The notes beneath the pieces are model-generated. The model made no database searches, had not been told where the DNA came from, and was given only the letters and a program-made list of their open reading frames with translations. A program made the position numbers and the translations under genes. From positions 16,988,001 through 17,052,000 of the forward strand of contig NC_047070.1 in NCBI RefSeq assembly GCF_902459465.1: a stretch of 64,000 bases of DNA, read 5' to 3'. This document shows, in pieces, positions 14,511 through 27,929 of the stretch. Every line of letters begins with the position of its first letter. The first letter of the stretch is position 1. The DNA comes from Asterias rubens. Its lineage: Eukaryota.

Positions 14511-15059
14511 CAGAACATTCCGCTCCATAAGTAAAAAGGCAAAAACCTCTCACTTATTCCCCGAGACTGACAACAAGTACAAGAATACCCTGTTTAAAAA
14601 ATTATATTTCACACACGTCTTGCTAAAGGGAGTTAGCAAATTTATCTTGTGGAGGGAGAGAGGATGCATCAGTCAGAAATGACGAGGTCACTGGAATTAT
14701 TAAGAGCCGATGGCATTACAATTTAAACCCGAGTTAGTCGCTTGAAATAAAACTCGTGGATTATATTTTCGTTTTTAAATTGCAATACTATGTCTTCATA
14801 CGACAAGCGGCTTTTGTTCCTTACTATCAACTCCCGTCTCCTGGTTGACTGGACGGTTAATAGCATTACACTTGTCTTGTTTCTTGCTTTAAAGGGTTTG
14901 ATACCTTTTGTAGGTCAAGTTTTTTGCCATGACATGAATCCCTTCTCACTCCGAATGAAGATGTTTGTAATCTCATTTACCTATAAAGTGATAATCACAG
15001 AGCAATGTCTTCAGGAGAGTCGCGTAAGTCCGCTGTACGTTCTTTAACTAAGGTTCGCC

Positions 15060-15238
15060 TAACTGATACGAGAATTATTTTCCTGTAAATAGTTTACTCA
15101 TTTCTCTAAAAGTACAACACCACCGCAAGTAATATTTAAGGGACGCTTTCTACCATCATTTTAAAGCCATGTAAGTTTAATGTCAATCGGTAGACGTTAG
15201 CGCTTTGTGTCGTACAAAAAGTACCCAAACCCTTTATA
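15060..15238. mobile_element. Partial MITE family B copy
   Basis: Colinear with 60170-60291; ends gtacccaaaccctttata. Confidence 0.65.
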
Positions 15239-16039
15239 GTTTCATAGTTTAAACGTTGCGCACCCTTGTAACGAGTAAACAAGGTTTCTACCGCATTACT
15301 GGAATTGGCTCTTAAGATGAGCACGGGGATCAGTCACTCGTCTTGAATAGAGCACTTTCCACATCCATCACTTACCGCAATGTGTGGAGCTGATAGATCG
15401 CAGTCGATAAGCTTAAGCAAGCCCCTACTTTGTCTTAAAACACGGGCAGTTATTGAACTGTTTTTCGCCCTGTACATCAGCTGTAACTTCGCAAATGGGG
15501 AGAGTACTTTGGCAGGTTGAGTTGTCGGGTAGAGTGATGCTTAGTGGGGGTGGGAAGGGGGCACGTGAGACGAGGGGGTCCGTAAAGCTTCGTCTAGCCC
15601 CACTCGATGGTCTGCTTTGAGATTGATCGAGTACAACCGTCTGTGACGCAACTCTTGTTTGCTGAAGAGCAGTGTTTCAACACGTGCGTGTATTAGCCGG
15701 CTGTAATACTCATTCTCTACGGTAATTGATTTTCAATTTGAGGTCTGTATTTCACTTTACCTCATAACTGGAATGGATTCGGCTGGCAAACATGGATCCT
15801 AACCAGAAAAATTGAATTTACAATTTCTTTCGTAAAAGTGCACTTGAAAACGTGAGACTCACCCTGCCAACTATTTCGACTTTACCATTTCTCGGTAATG
15901 TATGTTAAATTAGATAAAAATGTATTTAAGGGTATGGATATGATTTTACCGTATTCCTAATATAAAATCCAGAATGTAAATGTTCAGTATATCCGGACAT
16001 TATTTCCTTGGGATTATAATATAAGAAATAAATTGTTTT

Positions 16040-16230
16040 TTCAGATGCTTGATAGCGGCTTCATGCCTGAGACTGATCTCAAATTAATTTCGGGGGTAAA
16101 ATCTAACACATTTCTCTAGAATTATGGGTCTTCTCTAAAAATGTTTTATAATGCGAACAGCTCTCTAGTGATCTTTACCAAGTAAGTTGTTACGGTCATT
16201 AGTTGGTGAGTTAATTACAAAAAGTACATT
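16040..16230 (+). mobile_element. Partial MITE family A relative
   Basis: aacagctctctagtgatctttaccaagta is shared with the 13278 copy. Confidence 0.5.
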
Positions 16231-18769
16231 CTGATTAGAGTAAACCCTTTTCACATTTGAACGTTTTGTTTAAGCGATTGCACATATTCATCCAGCGTGG
16301 TCATACATAACAAGCCCATGTGTTTGATCCATTGTAATTGGAAATCAGACATGATAACGACTTAAACAAATTCAACCTGCGTTGAATTTATAAACTTGAC
16401 ATCTACTGGCTTTTCACGCACATCAGAGACAAAACAACTACTGGATTGGGTTATATTAAAGATGCGGCGGCATGAACTTAACATTCCATCACAGTCGTCC
16501 CTTCCCAACGCACACTTGAGTAAAAGAAAAATCAAAAAAGTCTGAGGACAACCCCGTATACAAATAGCCACCTGTGTTCGCTCACCATCTTCGTTGTCGT
16601 GGCAACCACACATCATTGGACGCGCCAACGTATAATGCAATATTCGTTCCTTTTAAAGTGTGAAAAATATCCTGTTTACGGATCAACATCAATGTCAAAG
16701 ATTTCCAATATCATACGTGTACATAAATGCCTAACTGGCTATGTTTAATATTGCGCATCTTAACGTTAACACCCCGTACAATCGGGAAATATTAAAGATG
16801 AGGCATTCAATGTGATTTGAGGCAATGCATGGTAAGGTATTAATATTTGGTTTGCGGTAACAGTGTGTGTATCTACTTGCCAGGTAGAATAATTATATAC
16901 CTTTAAGAACTTGTCTTGCTTGTATTCTACTACGCATTCAATGATGTTATTTAGTTACCGCGCTACATGGGAAGTGCCGACAGTTGACGCTTCGGGGCAT
17001 TCAGTGGCATCAAACGCACGCGATCAAATACTGTTCAATGTTCCCCGCCTCATGGTCGATGATGATCCGCAGGGTTGGAAATAAACTCAGCTGTTTGTTT
17101 ATCATTGTTTATTTGGTGGTATAACTGAAAACTACAGAAGAGAACCACAAGTTACTGTTTGTGGCCGTTTTTCCTTCATGCTAAATGATTTTTCTGCAAA
17201 AGAACTAGAGCATTTGACGATCCAGTTAACCAATGCACTCTCTTCACTGAAGGCCCCTAACGAGTCACCTTGGTATCTAAACGTAACAGCTGCAGCAGTA
17301 TTGAATGCAAGACTACTGCAATCGAGTGAAAACCTAAACAAGTTAGCAAAATACAGTGTTTGTGTCCTACAGAGATTGATTCTTATTGTGTAACCTAGTC
17401 TCCGAACGAGCCGCCAGTTTGGATAACTTTATTTTCGTTGCAGCTAATGTAGCATGCACACACCTGTGCGGGTGAGTCGATACGGTGTTACACACACTAA
17501 GTATAAAACCATGCGTAATCTTGTTTGGACTGGCGTAATAAATTGTTCACGTATTGAGTCGAAGGCAATTGTGGAGCTTTCGGGTACAGGACGATTTGCA
17601 CCTTTAAACAATAAGATTTTCCATGGACGTAAACAAGGTCATTCGTGACGTCATTCTGAAACGAAAACCGTTGATTTGAAATTATGCCGGTACACTTTGA
17701 ACGCCGCATTAAACTTGAGTAGGAGTTCGTTGCAGACTAGGGTTTTGGGTAAAGGCCGACATATGTCGACGAAGGTTGTGCCCGTTGGGGCAAATTTGAC
17801 ACAGTGTAATTAAAACGAAACAAAAACGAGTTACCTGTTATCGCAAATTGTTGGGGTGAGTGTAATTGCTGCATCGGAAGGTTGTGTCGAGTTTCAGAAG
17901 TGTCGTTTCATATCAACAAAAAGCTGCAAGAACAAAATGAAAAGTTCCATTAAAACTATGCTTTCATTCAAAATAAAGGTTTAAACAAAATCAAATAAGC
18001 AAGTGTCACAGGTACCGATGGTATAGTATTAGTAGTATTAAACGCATTTTTTTCAAATAGCATGCCGTCAATATAATGCCAGGTATGCTAATTGATTGCA
18101 ATGGCCGGTGGCCTCGTTTCGACATAGAATGGTGACGTCACGTACAAATATCAAGAGAGGCGTATACCACCTGTCAAACGTAGAATCCGCAGCATTTTAT
18201 TGATAACAGCAATGATAGGACTGATCTTCAATGTTCGGTGGCATTGTACATGTATGTATGTCAGGCATTGTGATATGTTCCCACGGGAAGTTTTACACAA
18301 AACGAAATTTCCACATAAAATCAGTTTTAAGACGTGCCCTCTTTCTTTTTGTTATCATAAAGAAAGATTAAAAATGGTTTTACCATTCGTACGATTGTAA
18401 ATTCTGACCTTGATGGCTCTTTTGTAAACATGATGACGTCACGAATTGCCTACGTCTGTGTGCAAGAGCCTTTAATGGGCAACCTCTCAATACGTGACAG
18501 GCTTACATTTTTTTCATCAATATTGCCGAAAAATGGCAAGGATCTAAAACCGTTTTCAGTCACGTGGATTGCATATCACTTTGATGAAATTGCCCTTCGC
18601 GGCTACAACTGCGTCTACAGCTAGCTTTCTGCCTCTTAGGACGTCCTAAGCCACACCTTCGCAACAGTCGTTGCCATAAAAATAGCCCCGATTTATAAAC
18701 AATCATAATTTGGGAGGTTCATCCGTAGGCCTACTTGAAGCTGAGATGCTGAATTGCGAAGGACGCGGC

Positions 18770-19000
18770 TACAACATGCAAGGGCGCCCTTGACAGCCAA
18801 CCTCATCGACCCTTGTGACCAAGGAAGCACAGCCTGGGGTTTAAATTGTTCATATTTTCGGGGGGACAGACAAAATAAACCTCATTGCCCAACGCACAAA
18901 CCTACCCATGATGAGACAAGCGCAGTTACCTCTACTCATGTATGACCTTTTGATTCGAACCAGGGCCATAGTCGTGAGAGGCAAGCGCTTTTATACGGGT
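18770..19000 (-). mobile_element. Decayed tRNA-derived SINE
   Basis: Reverse B box gattcgaacc at 18952-18961 with SINE-like body. Confidence 0.4.
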
Positions 19001-20245
19001 ATGGTCTAGTGTTGCTGCTCAGGAGGTTCAGTCAAACCCACGGAGCGTGTAGTTGTTACGTCCATTCCAACCCAAGACGCTTTCTGCGTTGGCGTTTGTG
19101 GAGGATAAATGTCCTTGGTCGTCGTGTTTAAGGGGCAGTAATTCCCCTCGTGTCCTTCTGTCCAAAGTAAATCCACTTATGCCAGCGAGTATCAACGGCC
19201 TATCTCTGAAGCTGTAGCTGCACATTTCATCAATTGACTGATTTAGATGACGGTGTTAACTGAAAATTGGATTTGCTTTCCAGTTCGCCAAAGTTCTTCT
19301 TTCATAGATGCTTACAATCCACGAGTACGCGATTCTGAGGAAATTAGGAGGGGGTAAATTCACTCCATGCCCACGTTCGAGATGTCCTCGAACGATTTTT
19401 CTGGCCAATTTTCCGGGAGACTTACTTACTCTCTCGGGACACAAACGAGGCGTTGATTGCCAAATAAAAAAAAAATCATGGAGGACCTAGTAAAATGTTT
19501 CCCTCGTTGAGGAAGTCGTTCTCATTCAGTGACATCGGTTCGTTTAATCATAGAGAAATCTTCATATCTTCCATTGGGAGCAAAGAGGCTGACACCTTGG
19601 AATACGGTCAGAGACAACACGCCTCATCCTTTATTTGACACGTTTTTCCGGAGCAGCTGTAGCGACCGTCAATGTAGACGGAGTAGGAGGGGGGAGATAT
19701 CGTCGCGGCACCCTTGTGCATTTATCATAAATAGAGCCGTTGATTGAATACCACGGACGGTGTTTCTTTGGGAGTCCCTTCCATAATTTGGAGATTGGTT
19801 GAGGGTTTCTTTAAGTTATAAAATACGGGTCTCTCGCGACTGGAGACTCAACCCGCCTATCTTTAATGAAGTGGCTTTTGCGTTTGGTCAGGATACCTAT
19901 TATATTTGAAAGGGGACGATTGCAATTCAAGGTCTGTTGGGATACGACACAATATAATTGGGTTAAATATGTTATGCCGTATCGACCGATTGCAAGGTGA
20001 TAGCTGGATTTGGGTGAATGGAATTGAGTTATACCCTTTTCACCCTTATTGTACCTTAAGGTATAAACCTGCAGGGATTGACACAGATGACAAAATGGTT
20101 AACAGCCTGACCTGAACACTGACCACAAAGTTCCAATCCGCATAAGACACGTATCGTCAGTAATTCGATCATTCTATGTTTGTATTTGTCGTGTTTAGTG
20201 TTCTCATTTTTAATTTTTTGCTTTAAAGTTATTTATTGATGTCTT

Positions 20246-21933
20246 TTTTTTTTCTTTTCTTTTTCTTGATGTTGAGTTATATTACTCCGTTTATTCAACA
20301 TTCATCAGCAAAGGCATACATCAAATAAACACACTATCAAAAGACACTCCAGTAAATACTTCTAATATATAACAGGCACAGTAAGTAACAGAAGCTCAGA
20401 AAATAGTAAAATGAATACCTCTATTATATATACAAATATCTACAATTTAGCGTGACTCGGAAATCACGTGGTTCGGGAAAAAACAATACTGACAACAACA
20501 ACAACAACAAATTAGAAAAACATGATACATATGGGACAAAGGAAATAACTTGGCCCTTGGTAAAACAGGCAATTAGTAATTAAAACTGACTTCGTCATTA
20601 GTGGTGAAACACAAAGCATTGTTCCTAGTATAGCAATTTTTGAATGATTCTGGTTTTAACCTGTTCTTTTCCATTCGAAGAAAATATTTCAAAGATAACT
20701 TTAACTGTGAGATGATGTCGATTTCGGCTGGTCTGGAATAACTATTAAACACCTTTTTGCATCGAATATTCCAGATCAGCCTAAGCAATTTAGCAACAAC
20801 GATGGCCTGAACCGGTTTTAGAGCATATCCAAGAATTCTGTTAGAGTCGTTTTAATAAAAATGTTTGTTACCTGTATATTTGCTAAGCAATCTTTCTACA
20901 AAAATCCAAGCATCCAATGTGTGAGAACAGTAAATGTTAATATGCTCATGAGTTTCTCTTTCTACATTACAGAGCGGGCAAGATTCTTCTCTAACAATAC
21001 CAATTTTAAGCAAAACATCTTTAGTAGGTAAAATTCTGTGTCTAAGTTTGTACATGAATTGCTTATCATCAGGATCCATTAAGTAGTTCTTAAAATCGCT
21101 GATCCATATCGCAGACCAATCAAGATCTTGACTAATACTGAATATATTTTGCCAAATTGGTTGAACTCTAGGAACGACAGTTTTTTTCCTAATCAGGTTG
21201 CCGTAGTTGGTCTTGGCTTTAGTTAAATACATCGGAGCAGACTCCTCTCCGTTATAATCTTTGATGACTAACCAATTACATAAAGGAGTAGCTGGACCTT
21301 CTCTTTTTTCTTCAACAAGGTTATAATCCACATGATGCTTAAGGCGACCTAGCATTCTACCGGCATTAATATTACGTAATGCACACATTTCAGCAATTTC
21401 TTTAAAAGAGATCAGTTTACCCTGTTTCACAATATGTTTTATCCTGTTAATACCAAAAGATTTCAGCAAGGTACTACCAAAAGTGACGTTGTCCTTGGTG
21501 ACGCTAACATTATTCCACAAAGGCATTTCTCTTGTTTCTAAAACACTAGAATGTTTACAATCCATAATACCTCCTGCTTTATCAAAGGCATTGATCACAT
21601 CAATATAAAAGGACGTGGTTTTCAGAGCTTTTTTTTGATTGGCAAATATATACCATCAAAAGTGATCATTGGCGCTTGCTTTATTAATCCAATAGTCAAA
21701 GAAATATTTCCATTTCCCTTGAGATGAGGGGTAGCGAGCTAGCCAGTTTAATTTGAGGCTCATTAATTTGCAGTTAATGTCAACAAGACCCGTTCCACCC
21801 GAGTCTTTTGGACCAATGATGGTAGCCCTCTTAATTTTTTCGATTTTACCATCCCAGAAGAAATTCCAGATCATACTATTCATCTTTTTCACGGTTTCCT
21901 CGGGACAGGTTAACACGCTGCCAAGGTAATTAA
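20246..21933 (-). mobile_element. 5'-truncated Tx1/L1-clade non-LTR retrotransposon (ORF2 C-terminal part, 3' UTR, A-rich tail)
   Basis: Minus-strand frames at 21656-21933 (IWNFFWDGKIEKIKRATIIGPKDSGGTGLVDI), 20852-21598 (zf-RVT-like KLRHRILPTK...CPLCNVERETHEHINIYC) and 20573-20850, joined by apparent frameshifts. A-rich tail near 20246-20267. Identical 13-bp direct repeat ttattgatgtctt at 20233-20245 and 21934-21946. Confidence 0.9.
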
Positions 21934-23215
21934 TTATTGATGTCTTATGTATTTATCAATGTGTGTATTTATTTGTTTGGTTCGTTTGATTTTGTTTACT
22001 GTTATTATTGTCTTGTTATTTATTTACTGTTATTTGTTGTGTTTTTTGCTTATCGTTTCATTGTGGTCGTCGGTTTTCTATTTGAATTCTCGAGGGGGGT
22101 GTTCATTGTAAATTAACTTCTCATTAATTTCCTCTGATTTAATGTTACATATTTTCAAAATGCATTCTCCTTCATTTTGCATGGCAACAAATTTTACTTT
22201 GCATTAAATTGGATTGATTGCTCACGAAGATATCATGACGGCATAGGAATAGTATTAAAGGACCAACACTCTCTGCTAGATGATGTGTGAATGATAAAAT
22301 CAGCAAGTGGGCGTGCAAATAATGTCCCAAAGAGAAACACTACGCCTGTATTTATACGTGACTCAAAGAAATATCTGCTATCAATTACTGCGGTGGTCAT
22401 CTTATAGTTGGTGTCAAAGTGTCGTGCGCTGATCCGTAAACTATACGTATATATTTTACATATGACGTCGCTATATGGATTATTAAGTCCATGCTGTTTA
22501 AACACGAAGCAGCTAATTCTATTTTCTCTGTTATTATTGACGTTACCATGAGACGAAATATAATTGAGCTCTGTTCAGCAGAAGACACAATACACCCCGA
22601 ATTCCCCAGTAAAAAGAAGTCTTGTGTTATAACAAATTTATGGCACGTAGACGGCAACACAAATATTATTTCGATTACAATTGGCCCCCGGGGGGTGGGG
22701 GTGGTAAGTATATCTCATCTACAGTTACATTATTACTGTGTCTAGAGAGAGTTGTCTCGCTACAAGTGGGTGGCTTGACGTGTTTAGTGAGTTGGGTATT
22801 GCACGAGGCAAGGTCGCCAGGTTGTTCTGTTTGGACAACTCCTTCCCGTGATTCAGAATGATAGGTGGAAATGCCCACCGAAGAGAAAGATGTGAGGACA
22901 CTAACAGTACGCGAAGGTTGTTTAATCAAACAGAAAATATGTTCTTGAAGGCGTATTAGAAGGAAAGAGAGGAAACAAAACGTTTCAGATGATTTGTAAA
23001 CAATATTATCAGTTAAATTTTCCGGTAGACTTCAATGATTGTAATTTTACATGTGTACAAGGACATACCAAAGCTTGTTAATGATTCTTTCGATGCCAAA
23101 TTTGTTTCAATTTTTTCCTTAGTTGACTTTGACCAGAAAACAACAAGTTCAACAAGAGCTGTAGATTTTAAACTTTGCGTGGGAGTACATCTGAGAAAAA
23201 TCGGGGGTTTGAAAA

Positions 23216-23255
23216 CTCAACGTTTCGATCAATATGCTCTTACCGTCTTCAGGAG
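23216..23255 (-). ncRNA. Minimal type I hammerhead ribozyme motif of Penelope-like-element type
   Basis: Minus strand reads CTC-CTGAAGA-C-GGTAAG agcata TTGATC-GAA-ACGT-T-GAG. This gives an intact CUGANGA/GAAA core, stem II of 5/6 pairs including G.U, a palindromic ACGU stem III, a GUU cleavage triplet and a 3-bp stem I (CTC/GAG). Confidence 0.6.
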
Positions 23256-25049
23256 CAAGCTGTCATATTGAGGTGTCGTGGTTACACTATTTGTTTTGAC
23301 GTTACATTTTTCTAGATAAATTAAAGATGACCTGTTTTTAAGTTGTATAGAATTCATGAAGTCTGTTTTGAAGTCTTGCTTTAAAATAAAACTAGCCTAA
23401 AACATTCTTGCGAAAGCCATCTAAAGTGGTTGAAATCTGACTTGGGAGATATGTCTTCTTTTGTTGTAAGCCAAATGTATTTGACATTCATGTCAGCATT
23501 TTATGCAGTTGGGTTGATTGATGTCGGTGATAATGCCGTGCTGGCATCACCTATCTCCCACGGACAGACCAGATAAGAAATCTATAAACTTCCCACATCC
23601 ATGTTGAGTTTCTGCTCTTTTTCCAGCTTAGTGTTCAACCATTGTATGGTACATTGTGGCGTAAGGGAACAACGCAATTAATGTAACATGTCAATGTAAA
23701 TTACGTTAGGTAACATTACGTTTCGTGACTTGAATTTAAAAAGATACAAGGGCATTTTGAGGCGTATGGTTTATGACGTGAGCACAGCTATTTGAGTCCC
23801 TGGGTAAAGTTTCCTCTAAAGGAGGTTTGAAGCAACACTTTTGAAACAACGTCTCGTTAAAAAAATACCAGCTAAGTTTACAAACATTTTTTGAATTGAC
23901 AACTATTTAATCCCGTAATGTGCTAATAATAGTCCATCACGTTTTTCCTATTTGTGTCTTCAGTTTGCATCACTTTCATAATGCTTTTAACTACACAATT
24001 GCACACAATACAACAGTATGCCTACCTATAATTGTTCAAATACATAGTGCATCATCTAGAAAATTATTAATATACCGGCACTCAAACACAATGAGTATGT
24101 GGTTTAACTCCTGTCAGATTTGTATCGAAACTCCGGAGTCCTACCGCGCCTTCCCCCTGTCTCGCGGCGGGTCCGTAAGCATCAAATCACCCGTGGGGAT
24201 AATATGGCTTTAGAGAGTATCGACTCCCATCCGGACAACTTGGTGAAATCGATCACTATTTTTCATCTCTTTTATTTATAGCACTATTTTCACCTCTCGA
24301 ATCTCTCTATGGACCGGATTACGTGATATAAGAGATTGATGTGCATTATAAAAACACTGTAGTTGTGAAGTAAACTTTAGCTTCGGCCTTCCTCTTTGCA
24401 GACAGAAGATCAAGGATGCCTTCATTCGCAGCGCCATGAACTTGCAATTCACTCTGTTCAAAAATGCATGACTCCAAATCAAAATCCATTTTTCCCATGG
24501 TTAATTTCTCAAGAGAGTATAATAGAAACACCCGACAACGTGCATAATACCTGGAACTTGTAGTACAAAATGTATTTATGTTAAATACAAGGAGTTGTGT
24601 GGGTGCAACATTTCGCTTACGAGTATCAAAGTACAGCCGAACTACAAGACACGTTGTCTGGACAGCCTGGTTGTTTTGTGAGGAACTAAACGCAGTGTTT
24701 CCAGTAAGGTGTACATTGTCTATAAAGGGGGGGGGGGGGGGCTTGTAAACTTCATTACTTAACTTGCCCTTTGGACAAACACAAACTATGTATAAATGCG
24801 CATATTTGTCCCGTTTCAGATAAAATAATAGGTAATTTTTTAGTTGTGAATTATACTTTGGACTACTGATGTGATCGCAGTATACCATAAATACATACAG
24901 AACAAAAATACATTTATAAAAAAAAACTTTTAAATGGGCTACTTAAACTTCCCCAGTGCAAGTAAAACAAATAGACTAGCCTGATGCTCCTTTAACGTAG
25001 CAAGCTTGTTGCATTTTTGGCGGGATATTCAGAGAGCATAGTGGCACGC

Positions 25050-25420
25050 TTTAACGGTTAGTGAAGGAAGGCAAGGGTAAAGGGCTTCGTGAACGGACGA
25101 CAGAGCAATGCAAGCATCGTCGCACCCAATTCTTTACACACACACGAGGAGGCTGCCCTCTTGCCGTACGGTAACCAGGGTTCCAAGTGACACAGTGTCC
25201 GAGGCCAGCTTCTGCATTGATCGTGAAAACGGAAACTTGATCCGAGGTGGATAGTACCATGGTCTGTAAGTACCATCTCCAAAGATGATGGCACACAAAA
25301 CGAGCGAGTTGCAAGACGGTATTTAATTAACAGATACCGGTAGATGAATCCTGTCAGGACAGCCGTTGTCTTAATGCCTCATCAAATAGATGACTCTCAC
25401 ATCTGAGGACCCCTCCTTTT
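25050..25420 (-). mobile_element. Decayed Gypsy-like integrase zinc-binding (HHCC) remnant
   Basis: Frameshifted VPSSLEMVL..H..IHLG and VKNWVRRCLHC...PLPLPS. Confidence 0.4.
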
Positions 25421-27929
25421 CAACCTAAGTAAGCCCTTTTGAAGCACCTGACATACCCGTGTTCATCGGGCTCCTTGTATCTCTCAACTCCTGTGGGGGT
25501 ATGCAGCACCGACAGCCAAAAGTATCTTGCCCCAGAGCAGAGTGGCGTGTCACGACCTTGTCTCTAACCTACACTGCCGTGATTCAGTTAATATAACCCA
25601 GGTGTATGTGCACCATAGACCATACGACCCCAACACACCCATCGTGCCTTACAAACATGTGGCTGGTTTCTTTATTGTCAACTTTGTATTATTTCTTGTT
25701 CGCATTATAACAATGTTAGGAGTATAGGTCTCATCTCTTCAAAAGTTACAGTTTGGTTTTTCATTTGGTATCAATTTGGTTGGCGCATCTGTATTTTCTT
25801 TGATTTTATGGTTTCACATCCTCGACTTAAACAAAATCACGATATCACGCAGCAATAGAAAAAGCCTCATTTCGTAATCGTCTGGATTTCTATTTTGAAT
25901 AGATCACTTTGTCAAGCTTAAAACTTATATAGAAATGCCGCCGAAGTTTCGATTTCTTAGTAGAAATTCCAACAAAGATTGTGCATCTTTTACTCAAGGC
26001 TTACGTGACCGAAGAGACAAAACCAAATAACAGCTTGGTTAGTACACCATGTTCGACCTTTGCAGCACATCCTGTCAAGGTTAATACAATTCAATTGGCA
26101 ATTATTCCAGAAGCAGCTAGAGCCTGTCTTTGAAATAAACACGTTACAGAAGTACCGGTTGCCCTTTACAGTACAGAGCCTATAATATGTCAGATGTTTA
26201 ACGGTCTGTACTCGTTTTAATTTTCTAAACTAACTTTATGCAGTGGAACAATCTAGGATTGCAATTTGACTCAACGCTGATCTGCTATCCCATAAAAACA
26301 AAAACAAATAAATGCAACTTAATCGTATGGAATTTTCACAGGTTTAATGTCGGTTTCGTGAAAAATGAGTATACAAATGTACATACTCTAAAGACTAGGA
26401 GTTATCATTTTTAACAACTTGGACAGATTGTTCAGTCTTCACAAGTATTTCAACTCAACCAGATCAGACCCGGTCTTAAACCATTTATGCGCCAGTCTGA
26501 TCCGTCAGACTGATTTTTCTAAAGGACTTTTACTCAGACTCTGTGTCAGTTACGGGTAAACTTGGCGCAACTTCCGGTCCATCCTGACCCAGAAATGGGC
26601 CAGGCTGCATGGGACCCGGAATTCGGGTAAATTTTTGAGTGTACCGAACGATAGTATCAATTGGACACTGTTTTATAAAACACAAAATGCTCACAACACA
26701 TCACATGATATTTTAAACCAAAAACAAAAAACGGTCCGAGAGTACTAATTTTATTTTGGTACCGAATTATTTGATTGAATTTCTCTCTGTAGGCCTAAAT
26801 CAAATCCATCAATCTCCGATACTCTACACGGGTGTGTCTATTAATGGCAGAAGTTCATCATTCAATTCCATCGTTATGTTTACCCGGATCCAGCATTGAA
26901 ATCAAACCAAGGTCCCACGTGATTTTTAAATCACCCGGTGCCTGTGTTACTTAATCACGTACTCGGCTTTAACAAATCCCTACCAAGCCACCGAGGTGAT
27001 CACCTTACTTTCTCTACATCTACCTGGGAACGAGTCTGCCCTTATGGGGTCAACACGTTATATCATCCGTTACACACAGGTCATTACACTTGGGTAGCGT
27101 TGCCACTTAACGGTCATTTAATTTCTCCATTTACTATTAAATTGATTGTCAATGTAATCTACTAACATGGTAGTTAATGAAGATATTTCATACTAGGAAA
27201 TATCATATTTTGGATGATGTTAAACTATGATTTATTCAGGTTTTTTGAGAGACCACACGGACTTGTGACTGGTGCCATACTCTCGTCCGCGGTTAAGGGG
27301 AATATCACACTACAAACTTAAGTGGCCTGCAACAGTATCATCATCAGAAACTAACCTTTGCACAGAAATTAATTGAAATCTTAAATTACAATGGTTGGTC
27401 TGGACATGATGCCTCTGATTAGGTCGCTATCGTGAATACAATGTGTAACTCTAGCGCAAAAGGGATCACATGCACAATAATTAGGCGTCACTGCTTGGCT
27501 TAAGAGAAAACATATAAAAAATTGTATAAAAAATAAAATAAAATAAAAACAGGAGCACCAAAACAAACCACAACTCAAGCAAGGTTAATTGCATGTCTGT
27601 CGGTTTGTTTGTTTACTACATAACTAGTTACACGGACGTGTTGATATGTTTTATAGAAGTATGGAAATAATGTGGATGTGAGTTTAATGGAATTGAATGA
27701 GGAATTATCCAATGCATATGACCGTCCTTCCGGCCTGATTACATTCCAATAACATCGCCGTGTGGTGGCAAGCTTGCATAATTCACAGGGGGCTAACACA
27801 TTTCCTCCCCGGTCAATTTCGAAACAATGAAGCCGTTTCCCCTTCGCTTTAACATTTGAAAAATGAACGAATTAAAAAAAAAAAATTATTGATCGTTTTC
27901 CTCAATAAGACTAGCTGGATTCTATATTT

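Noticed and set aside
14100-14534. 144-aa ORF with QHHRVA repeats
   Set aside because: It is the translation of a degenerate minisatellite.
16362-16640. THAP-domain-like ORF
   Set aside because: The Cys spacing is suggestive but the C2CH signature and conserved F-P, W and HF residues are not present.
24346-24888. 180-aa minus-strand ORF
   Set aside because: It runs through a homopolymer and AT-rich sequence and has no recognisable domain. Only the last 50 codons look protein-like, possibly transposon decay.
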